From contig MNCI01001451.1 in NCBI GenBank assembly GCA_015680685.1, positions 284,362 to 348,361 of the forward strand: a stretch of 64,000 nucleotides of DNA, in the 5' to 3' direction. Positions within the stretch are counted from its first letter, which is position 1. Every line of letters starts with the position of its first letter. Of the stretch, positions 50,701-60,774 are shown piece after piece. Below the pieces are notes generated by a model. That model searched no databases. It saw only the letters and a program-made list of their open reading frames with translations, and was not told where the DNA came from. The translations under genes and the position numbers were made by a program. This stretch comes from Gnetum montanum (taxonomy: Eukaryota; Plantae; Gnetophyta).

Positions 50701-51072
50701 CTTCAACAATGAATGTTGGCTTTCCTACCTTTCGTCCCAAATACGTTGGGCAGTTGTGGGATGATAATCCCCTGTGTCAAAGTCATCCATAACGTATTCC
50801 GCAAATAGTTCTTGCATGCCAATCTGTGCCAAGGCACGGAAGAGCATGTTAGGGACTGATCGATCTGGGGGTAACATGATGTTACCTTGCAAATCTCTCC
50901 ACCGTAGTTGTTCTTCTTGATGGAGAATAAAAGTAAAATTAGGCACATACTCATCGGGATGAGTATATGTCACCTTAGATTGCTGAGGACTTGGCTGATT
51001 TTGGTTATGTGTATGTCATTGACTGTCTTCCGTGTTATCCTTAGGTGAGTTAACCTTATGAGAAAAAGCTAT
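47731..51072 (-). pseudogene. gag: Single-frame Gag-protease ORF ending in the pol C-terminal tail; a few point-mutation stops
   Basis: ORFs 50725..50973, 49567..50709, 49072..49557 and 47731..48939 share one frame, separated only by TAG/TGA. Contains Gag KLKLFPRTL, CEVCYYDHPKGCC and PR ALLDSGSEVNLI. The start codon is ATA here and ATG in the copy at 63726. Confidence 0.9.
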
Positions 51073-51194
51073 TTTATTGGTGTGCTGTTCACCGTTATAT
51101 ATGTTCTTAATTAACTAATTAACCCAAAGGTTCGTTAAGGCTCACAACGATGTGAAAGATTTCCTAATGTTCTAATTAGCGTACAAACACTTAG

Positions 51195-51212
51195 TCCCCG
51201 GCAACGGTGCCA
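51195..51212 (-). promoter_or_regulatory. PBS, tRNA-Asp type
   Basis: TGGCACCGTTGCCGGGGA, one nt from the LTR end. Confidence 0.9.
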
Positions 51213-51213
51213 A

Positions 51214-51960
51214 TGATGAGTGGCGAGGTACCCCTACACTCAACCATACGAAACGAGTGTAGCTCACGTGATCCAGTCGAACTCCGTAGACTAAATGCCT
51301 AACGCCGCAAGGAACACTTGGGGTTAATTAATCGTTGTCTTCCCAGACTTACTTGTTGTTGTCACGGTGTACAGTTAAGTAAGTTTGAGGTATATGATTT
51401 TTATGGTCTTTTATGGTTTATCTCCTATGCTAAAGGGTGAAGGGTTGGAGAAACTAACTAACNATGGTCATACTAAGGCACCTAACTAGCCTAAGTGTGA
51501 TAAGCAACCAATTCCNNNNNNNNNNNNNNNNNNNNNNNNNNNNNNNNNNNNNNNNNNNNNNNNNNNNNGTAACGCACGTGCTCGAAGCGGTTATACTGAG
51601 GCACCTAACTAGCCTAAGTGTGATAAGCAGCCAATTCATTGACTAGCCATACACACCCGTAGGTGCTCGTAGCCAAGTCATACTTACCCCACGTTCTAGG
51701 AGNGAATAAAGAACCGTTCACTTGGGGGACTCCTACTACGGGCACATGGAAAATATTTTATCTCTGGGGTGATCAATCCGCCAGAGCTTCGCTACTTTAT
51801 GCCTATCTGATTGGAAATGAGGGGAGTGCCACCTCTTATTTATAGATATGGCGACAGACCGCGATAATGCGTACGCGATATCGCAGGGAACGACCCGATA
51901 TCGCGTACGCGATATCGCAGGGGATGCGATCTCCTGGCTTGTGCATATCACGTCTCATCA
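51214..51960 (-). repeat. 5' LTR of the non-autonomous element (contains gaps)
   Basis: Near-identical to 44704-45702 where assembled. Confidence 0.9.
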
Positions 51961-52683
51961 ATTATCTATAATAGCAATGCGTTAAAATATAACTATAATG
52001 TCTTTATATTTAGTTAAAATATTATTTTTAAAATTTATCTAAAAATGAAATATTTACTAACACTTTTATTAGAAGCTACTTTGTTGCCATTGGAAGCTGA
52101 AGCAATGTATCAATTCTAAACATTTCTCTTGAATAATAACAATAGAAATAAGATCTTAGGAGACATCATCTAAAAATCTCAACAATAGAGGTGGTTTCAT
52201 GAATGAAAATTATGGCTACAAAAGTGCCATATTGATAATATTGAGCTAATACTAAATTAAAACCAAGCTTGGACACTTGTTGTAGAGAAAATTTTAGAGA
52301 TGATAAACTAAGGCACAAATATTAAAAAAAAGCTTCAATTTCACTTGCAAAATATTAAAGATGGTAAACATGATAAAGCAGAACATCTACATGCAATCAT
52401 TCCATTATCCATGTAAGCACAAATTAGGAAAGGAAGAATGCAATCATACTATCTCTAAGTTGAAACTAGAAGATGGAATAATGAGTAGCATGAAGATAGG
52501 ATATGCTAATTGTGTTATTAGAATGTTGCAAAACAAATTTCTTTGGAAGAAAATGGAAAATCTCTAGTCAATCTTTGTATGAGCTATTCAAGCTACCAAT
52601 CTTTGTTCTAGAGAATTATATAGAAAATATATTCAAGTTACATAAATATTGGACACATCTACAAAAAGGCTTCTGAAAGTAGA

Positions 52684-54087
52684 ATGGGTGGGAATCCAGG
52701 GAGTAGCAAAAGCACAAATGGATCAGGAAAGGGTGGTGTTGGGGATATGGCTAGGATCCAACTAGAGGTTGGACTCGGAAAAGGGTTAGGTGCAGGGTCA
52801 AAAATGCCAGACGTAGGGTCTAGGGCTAGTCTTGATGAGGGTTTGGGTGTAGGCAGTGATTTGGGTGTCGACATAGGGAGGCCAAGGGGTTGGGCTAGGT
52901 GGTAGTGCCCTATGGTGTTCTAAGGATGGGGGCATTGAGGTATACATCCATAATGAAGGCTCAATGAAACTACAAGTGGAGGCCCCTCCCCCCTACCCCT
53001 AATGAGGGCCTAAGGATCATGAAGTTAAGCCTCATTGAAAAGTTTGTGTCTACGGGTGCCAACCCCAAGCTAAACCTAGTTAAAAAGTGGATGGCAGCTC
53101 ATTAGGGGTTTTTCCTTATGAAGCTGCATAATCTCCTCAGGGACCTATTGCTTTTTGTCTTTCAGTCTATGTTGGACAAGCACAAGGTGCTATTGGATGG
53201 GCCATAGTTCTTTGGTGCAAAGGGATTTGCTCTGATGCATTAACACCCTAACACTCATACAGATCTAGATCTTTTCTCCAAGGCACCTGTATGGACCTAC
53301 ATTTTCAAGATTCCATGAAAGCTTTAGACAACTAATTTTCTTCAAATACTAACAAGGTTTTTTGTTGAGTTTATCTTATTTGACCATTTTACTAGCTCCA
53401 TGAAATAAATGGGGTTTGCATAGTTTTGTGTGTGATAGTTGTTGTTGTCGAGGGACCTAATACAGGAGGTGGTCCTTGACCTATTCTCTAGTGAAGAAAA
53501 AGTAACAATGGATTATGAGAATGTTGTCACTAACACACCTATGATGAAAAAAAACCACAAAGGCCAAACACTGTAGTACTTATGACAAGGTAGGCCACTT
53601 GATGGCCAATTGTCAAGTGAAGTAGAAGGTCCCATGTCCCAAGAAAATAGGAGATAGGTGAATGATTATCACCAAGAAGGGAGAATTAGCTCAGGGGTTG
53701 ATGCAAGGGGTGGAACCCTCGAGAGCACTATTGTAGGCATAGGTTGCCCAAGGGGACCACAGGAAGATTCCACTGGAGCCCCAAGGTCATCAGTTAATGA
53801 GGATCCCAATTCCCTAGAGGTGATAACTAGGATGATGAGGGGGAGCTTCCTCCATTGGGTGGATGGGTTTCAATTGTGAGGGGAAGCTTAATGTCACCCA
53901 TGTTAATAATCACTAGGAAAGGCACTAAAGACAAGGGGGCCTTTTCAATCTTAACTGATTTGAGTAAATTCAAGAGATTGTGGGGTCCTATGTGCCAAAC
54001 CAAAAAGACACAGCTAGAGATTGACCTAGGGGTCCAAGCAACCTTTAAGGAAGTTTACAAAAAAATGCCCAATAGGCAAAACATGAA
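52684..54087 (+). pseudogene. LINE ORF1 (Gly-rich N-terminus, DUF4283-like region, degenerate zinc knuckle)
   Basis: Starts MGGNPGSS; contains LLDGP(W)FFG, APVWTYI and KVGHLMANC; collinear with ORF1 of copy B. Confidence 0.75.
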
Positions 54088-57000
54088 AATCCTCTCATGG
54101 AACTGCAAGGGTAGGATCCCCTACAAAAGAAATACCCTCAAAGATATAGTGCATAAAGAGAATTGTGATGTGGTATACTTGTAAGAGACAAAATCGTAGC
54201 AGAAGGAGCACCATTGTCTAAGTTGGCCTAGTTGGCAGACATGGTTTGTGGCCTGTTGAGGGAGGGTATGGAGTCTAGCCTTCCTCTTACGTTGCCATTT
54301 TGAGGTGGTTGATAGTTCCATGTGCAGCATTACCATTCTTTTCTAATAGACTAGCATTTGGCTCACAAACTTCTACAATAGCCAAAATGGGAGGAGCAAC
54401 TGAGGGAGTTGTAGCAAACTACTTCCCTAGTTCTGGATAAGTGACAATGGATTATTATGAGGGATTTCAACCAATGGCTATACTAGTGGGAGAAGTTGGA
54501 TGGAGGGACCCAAGAACCCCCTAGTGCTCTAAACATTTTGCAATTCCTTACCTCTCATGACTTGGTGGACATGGACATCAACAATTGCCAATTCACATGG
54601 AGCAACTGTTGAAAGGGTAGTGACCATTTTATGATAAAGATTGATCATTTGTGGATTAGTTTAGATATTTTGATGACTTGGGGGTATATGTGTAGGGGAA
54701 AGAGCATATGGCTTAAGACCACCATTTGATTCTATGCTAGGTGGATGATCTAGTTTCTGGAAGGACTACACTATTGTAGTTTGAATGTTACTGGCTTAAC
54801 AAGCCATGGTTGTGTCCAATGGTGGAGGGTATTTGAAGATCATACTCATCACAAGTAGATCCCAGGGAGTTCCTCAAGTGGAGGTTGAGCCAACTTAAGA
54901 GAGCAATAAAGGCATTGTGTGTAGAGGATAAATTCTCATTCAAGTTCATCAAAGGGAGGTTACTACACTATCTATCTGAGATTTAGTTAGAGTAGGAGTT
55001 GGGTAAGGACCTAGCCACTGCTAAATATGAGGCCTTGGTTGAGCTACAAGCCTTGGATGCTAAGGAGGAAGCTTATTGAAGGCAGAGGGAATAGCCCCAG
55101 TGGCTCAAGGAGGGGGATAGGAACAAACATTTTTTCTTTGCAGCTACCAACTCAATGAACCTTTCCAAAAGAATCCACAGTCTCACTTTTCAGGCAAAAG
55201 AGGTGGTGGGTTGCCAAGAGATTGCCCAAGCCTTGATGAACTATTGGTCCAACATCTAGCTATGGAAGGATGCAGCCCCTCTCTCAATTTTCATTGACTC
55301 TCTCTTGGGTAAGAAGGATAATAGTTGATTGCTAACATCATTTACTAGCATGGAGCTAGATGAGGCTCTAGCTTCAATAAAGATTGGTAAGGTGTTAGGG
55401 CCCAATGATTGGCTTGTGGAGTTCTTTAAAGCTTTCATTGATATTATAAGTGCAAATCTCTTGGATGCCTTCAACACAATGTTGAGTTGGTAGCAGGTTC
55501 ATAGGGAAATCAACTATTCCCAATTGGTCCTCATCCCTAAGTCTACCAACCCCATGGATCCTTCTCTATTCTAGCCTATTAGGATGTGCAATACGTTCCT
55601 CCACATCGTTTACTAAGATGTTGGTTGCTAGATTTCTAGATTGGGGCCCTTGATGCCATGCTTGGTGGGGCCACAACAAGTGGGGTTTATTAAAGGGTGC
55701 TTCATTCAAGACCAAATTATTCTAGTGTAGAAGGAATTGCATTTCCTATAGGTTACCAAGTATCCAAGTATGTGCCTTAAGTTGGATATCTCTAAAGCTT
55801 ATGACAAATCATGTTAAGGGTTTCCACCTAAACTTCATAAATCTATGCATACACATCCAGACATCAAGAGCTTTTTCTTTGGATCTAGGAAAAGCTATGG
55901 GGGTTTTCCTCCCCTAGGAGGAATTTACGACAAGGAGACCCCTTGTTTCCATACCTTTTCATCCTAGTAATGAACACCATGCACACATATTGTCAAATGG
56001 AGGAGGTTAGAGGGTTGGATATCAATAGGGTTAGGTGTTTAGTTGAATACTATGCAGATGACACCATTTTTTTTCTATGGCTACCATCTCCCAAGCTATG
56101 GTGATAAACAAATCTCTATAGAGAATGGCAAGGGAGATTGGCCTTGAGATTAACAGGGTTAAGTCTGCTATTCACCTACTTATTACAGATGCTAGGGTGA
56201 AGGGGCTAATCATGCAAAAAGTTGAGGGTGTTACCTAGCACCACAAGGGATACTTACCTTGGGCTACTACTCTATGATTGGCACTAGTGGCATGCTTGGA
56301 CTATCCTTCTCCAAGGACTACAAAGTCATATTGTTCATTGGATGGGCTAGTTCTTAACTTGGGCTGGGGAGGCTTTGTTAGCTATGTCAATGCTTTGGGC
56401 GATGGCTTGGTACCAGCTTTAGTGGCGTCGCCACCCCCCCATACATCAAATATTATAGAGAACGTCTACCAAATCATAAGAAATTTTACTTGGTGAGGGG
56501 GTTGGGGTAGATTGCATGCACCTAGTGAACCGAGAGATGATTGCCAAGCCTAAGAGCACAAGAGGTCCCAACATTAGTAGGTTCCAAGACATTATTGCCA
56601 TGGGATATCAAAGCCTTTTAAATAGGTTGTTACAATAGGACCATCACTACACGCAATGGATTCTCATTCTGGATAATAAATATCAACATTGGAAGGCCGA
56701 AATGATAGACTCTCACATCTAGCAAGCCTTGTGTAAACATATGTGGCTGGTGTTGAATTCTAGGATGATGGGTATGGCACCATAGTAATTCATTAAATAC
56801 AAGTATTAGGCAATTAGGGGATGGTGGGGATTGTGAAAGGGAAGATTGCCAGAGAAGATAAAAACCTTTCACTATCTAGCTAACCACATAGCCATTCCAA
56901 TGTGGGTGATTTTAAAATGGCAAGGGATAAATATTGATGACACATGTCCACTTTGCATGGTGGAGGTTGAAATGATGGTGCACTTCATTTACTCTTGTCC

Positions 57001-58666
57001 TTTCACTGTCAATGTGTTATAGGTGGTGAATATCTAGCCACTATTGAAGTGGAATAGCAACTTGAGAGCTACAATGCTCTTGTGGTCCCTCTAGAAGGCA
57101 TGAAATAACTAAAGCTTCTGCAAGCAACCATTGCATCCACCAATGTAGATTGCGACTGAGGGGTTTTGGCTTTGGAGAGAGGCACAGTCAGCTATGGATG
57201 TAACCCTCACATTTGAACCATCATGCGAGGGGTATAGAGAAAATTCAATGCTATGGAGTATGGTCTCGAAGGTGGGGTGGGCAAACCTCCTCCCCATGCT
57301 CCAAGGGGAGCCAAACCTAAAGAATGGGGCATTTTTCACAAACTAAATGGGGGACTATACCCTCTTTGGGGAGTGAGGATTATGTTCATATAGGAGGCTA
57401 TTGCAGTGGGCCTAAGGGTGCTAGTGTGGGGTAAGACAATCTCCCCCAAGGGTGTAGGCTCCAAGATGCAGAGAATTTCTTCTCAAGGTTGATTTCCAAA
57501 ATGGGGAGCGGTTAGGTTCTTAAATCGATGTTTTTGCAACTTTGGCATGATGCTACTGAGCTAGTGGACCAATATTTTGTCCAGTCCAGCAATGTCTAGA
57601 AGCCATAGGGCATGAATTTTAGCTTCATGCAGTGCCTAAGGCTGGGGTATATGGTCAACCTACCATAATTTTTCCTTGCAACTCTGAGGCACCATAGATG
57701 AGGTGGCCCCTTTGCTACTGAGGGATGTCTAGGTTTGGGTGGTCTACAGGTGGAGGTGCTCCCAATGCACCCAATCAATGGTGGTGGATTTGATAAAAGA
57801 TTCTGATGAGCAAGAGGCTCGATCTAGGTTGTTGAATTGGTTAGCTGGGGAGGGGTCATAGGATACTCAACTAGACTTGCATGTTGAGCCCCTAGGGTTA
57901 GATGTCAGTAAGGGGTTGGGGTTGCATGTTGGAGAGGGGTTAGGGGGCTCGGTCAAGGGTTGTCACAAAATCAGTGGCCCCACACCTGGAGAATCTATTA
58001 GCCAAGGTAGTAGAGGAGGCAACAACTCATGCAAAAGCAAAGGAAAGGGCTTTCTAGGAGTGCAAGTGGGTGGCCAGGGAGGAGGAGTTTCAATGGCAAT
58101 TGAAAACTACTAAGTGCTTCCATGCCGAAGTGATCAAGGAGGAGACGTGGCAACGGGACCTAGCCAAGGCAATGGTGCGAAATGTGTTGGAGGCAAAGCT
58201 TTGGGAGAGCATCAAGGAACAACTCCAGGATGAAGCATGGGAGTAGGAGGAATAGGAGCAGCAAGCGCAGGAGAAAGATGAGGCTACATAGCTACAAAAA
58301 CAACAGGACCACACACACAAGAAGAATGCTAGATCTTGGCTCCACCAAGGGTGATGCCCTTATGTGATCATGAACATAGGACAAAACATGTTGTGGAGAG
58401 CCCTACATCATTACATCTAACATAGGCAAGGGCAAGCTCCACCTGATGGGGAGGGGAATGTGGAGAAATGTGCAAAGAAAGCAAAGGAGTTCAAAAATTT
58501 CCAACAAGCTGCTAAATTTGTGGATACAAAGAGACACCAAGTGGTTCTTGATGCTATCCATTGCCAGGAGAGAGCCATCAGCCACTGCATTGCCAGGAGA
58601 GAGTCATCAGCCACTGCATTGGTCTTCCCTGCCACTTATATAGGCCATGGGGCTAACTTGCCCTAA
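54083..58666 (+). pseudogene. LINE ORF2: APE endonuclease, RT, zf-RVT, then in-frame C-terminal extension (57194-58666)
   Basis: MKILSWNCKG; FTWSN; WLKEGDRNKHFF; LKLDISKAYD; QGDPLFPYLF; YADD (56051-56062); DDTCPLCMVEVEMMVHFIYSCPF; the extension follows with no RNase H motifs. Confidence 0.85.
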
Positions 58667-59484
58667 CTTTTGTCTTTTTGGTTTCTTCATTGTTTGGTCA
58701 TACAAAATGTAGGGTGTTTATCTTTGGGGATTTTTTCACCTAGGACACCATTGCGATGGCTAATGTTTTGGAGGGTTAACAAGGTGGGGGTATCAAAGGA
58801 GCTTAGGAGGGATATACCCAACCCACCCCCAACACTCTATAGAATACTTGTAACTTTTGATTTTGATTAATGCAATGACCTAAACTCTTTTCAAAAAAAA
58901 AAAAAAAATTATGGCTACTAATGCATTTTGAACAAGTTCATTTATCTAACAGATCCTTTGGGTCTACATACATGTAACAAAATATCAGTTTTAATTTCAG
59001 CTATTACTTACATTAGGAGTCCAGTTATATCTATTAAACAATTTTGCAGTTTTAGGACTTTCTGTTTCACAAATTTTAATAATTAAAACGAACCGGTAAA
59101 AAGCAGGGAAAAGTGACATTTAAAAGCCTTAATAAAAACACACCTTCGAAGCAATGTTGTAGTTAAAATTTTCATACTAAGTTTAAAGAAAACTGAAATT
59201 GAAAATTTTAAATTCCAGTAATTCACCGTCAAAACTATAACCAAGGACAGGCTGAATTTGACAATAAATTCGGTAACCGATATCTTGCAGTTGTCATCAA
59301 TATAAACAAAATCTCAACATGTATGGGGAAAATATTAATACAAACGAGAAACAAAAAATGGGATAACATGTTTTCTGGATATCCTGTTGAAATGTTAAAC
59401 CTACATGAACATCAGGATCTCATTTTAAAAATTCAAGGAGAAAGAGTGCTATAAGATTTCAGAAGTCCATAAAGGGACTAGTAC

Positions 59485-59533
59485 CTAGCATTAAGCGACC
59501 ATATGAAGATCCATCCTCCCCGTGAAAGAAAGT
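59485..59533 (-). CDS. Host gene internal exon
   Basis: TGCAG acceptor, GTACTA donor; encodes TFFHGEDGSSYGRLML(G); no stop codon, so the gene continues toward lower coordinates. Confidence 0.7.
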
Positions 59534-59663
59534 CTGCATAATGAAAGTTGAATGCATGTTTTTGTATGCAAAGAGAAGTGTCATGAAGTAACCATTCACA
59601 GTGAGGATATTTCATTCCAAAATATCCAGGAACCACCTTTATAGGAAATATACAATAGCTTAC

Positions 59664-59701
59664 CAATTGAAACCTGCTCATCCAACCAAGCACCTGAGGA
59701 A
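59664..59701 (-). CDS. Host gene internal exon
   Basis: Strong GTAAGC donor. The AAG acceptor at 59702 gives in-phase (V)PQVLGWMSRFQL; the nearby CAG at 59694 would give a different frame, so the 5' edge is less certain. Confidence 0.6.
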
Positions 59702-59883
59702 CTTACATAACCATACAGTCATCATCATGTGTAAAAATATGTTAGATATAGATCAAGCCAATAATGAGTGTACAGAAGTATAAATAATAAAATACAATGA
59801 GCACACACAATTACAAAGAATAAGCAACATATATATTGATCCAAGTGATACTGCTTTGGAAAGTCATGTTCCTTCCATTCTAC

Positions 59884-60023
59884 CTCCAGTTATTCTCCCG
59901 TTCCAGAACTCAGGTACCAGAGGCTTGCTTTTTATGTCGGGCGGCATTACATCATTAATTTTAAATATTGGATTTGCAGCCTTGAAACGAATCCCAGCGA
60001 CTCTCCAAAACTCATATATGAGC
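59884..60023 (-). CDS. Host gene internal exon
   Basis: TTCCAG acceptor, GTAGAA donor; encodes (T)LIYEFWRVAGIRFKAANPIFKINDVMPPDIKSKPLVPEFWNGRITG; CpGs retained. Confidence 0.8.
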
Positions 60024-60167
60024 CTGGAAACCATTTTGTCACATTGAAAATGCATTTAAAGATTAATTTCCAACTATTCTAAAGAAGTTCATAACATTCC
60101 TGCTTACATAATGATTTCAAAATGGTATAAACAGAGTCAGGACCACAAATTCAATTCGACTAATTAC

Positions 60168-60230
60168 GTTGATCGTAGATAATTGAATAGGTGCCCCCTA
60201 CGCTCCTCTGGAATGTCACCAATTTTCTTC
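60168..60230 (-). CDS. Host gene internal exon (protein of unknown function)
   Basis: TTTTAG acceptor, GTAATT donor; encodes KKIGDIPEERRGHLFNYLRS; phase matches the next exon across a 144-nt GT-AG intron. Confidence 0.75.
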
Positions 60231-60629
60231 CTAAAACAAAATAATTCAATTGTGAGATTACCTCATACTGGCAAAATAAAATCTTAAACATATCTTAAAA
60301 GGTATATTACATAAACTACGAGATCGAAGAACACTTATGAGTCAGAACAGTATTAATCTATCAGAATATATGTAAGTTTATTAATTAGCATATTACAATT
60401 AGGTTTTGAGAAAGAAAAGTGCCTGCAGCCGTAAAGCCTGAAGAATTCAGCTTTTTACAAGTTGGGCAAAGGTTTAATAGGTGACCACATGTTTAAAGGG
60501 CTGTTCAACATAATACATCAACACACCAAGTTAATTTAAACTGAAGTTTTTTATTATGTTTATGGAAACCCTTACAAGTTTTTGAACAGAATTCAGTTTC
60601 AGTCATATCATTTCTAGAATACTGTTATA

Positions 60630-60702
60630 TCTCATTATTGGGATTGAACCTCTAACATATACGCAGCAAGTCATATGTCTTACCAACAAGTGTTATAAGA
60701 AT
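60630..60702 (-). mobile_element. Possible tRNA-derived SINE head
   Basis: Minus strand degenerate A box ...GTTGGTAAG and B box GGTTCAATCCC. Confidence 0.3.
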
Positions 60703-60774
60703 CAAAAAAATAAGGCATAAAATAATAAAATGACAAGAAAATATAAGGCATGACACATTGTAACATATACTTTG

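Larger units (their letters stand above)
44704..51960 (-). mobile_element. Non-autonomous Athila-type LTR retrotransposon encoding only Gag-protease
   Basis: LTRs 51214-51960 (gapped) and 44704-45702; TSD ATTAT (44699-44703 / 51961-51965); PBS TGGCACCGTTGCCGGGGA (51212-51195); PPT AGTCATGGGGGTA; no RT, RH or INT core. Confidence 0.93.
52220..58904 (+). mobile_element. L1-clade LINE copy C, full length
   Basis: TSD AAAATTATGGCTAC (52206-52219 / 58905-58918); ORF1 from 52684; ORF2 from 54083; poly(A) tail at 58893-58908. Confidence 0.9.

Noticed and set aside
53855-54184. Apparent in-frame ORF1-ORF2 fusion in LINE copy C
   Set aside because: Copies E and D show a -1 offset. One extra A in a homopolymer explains copy C.
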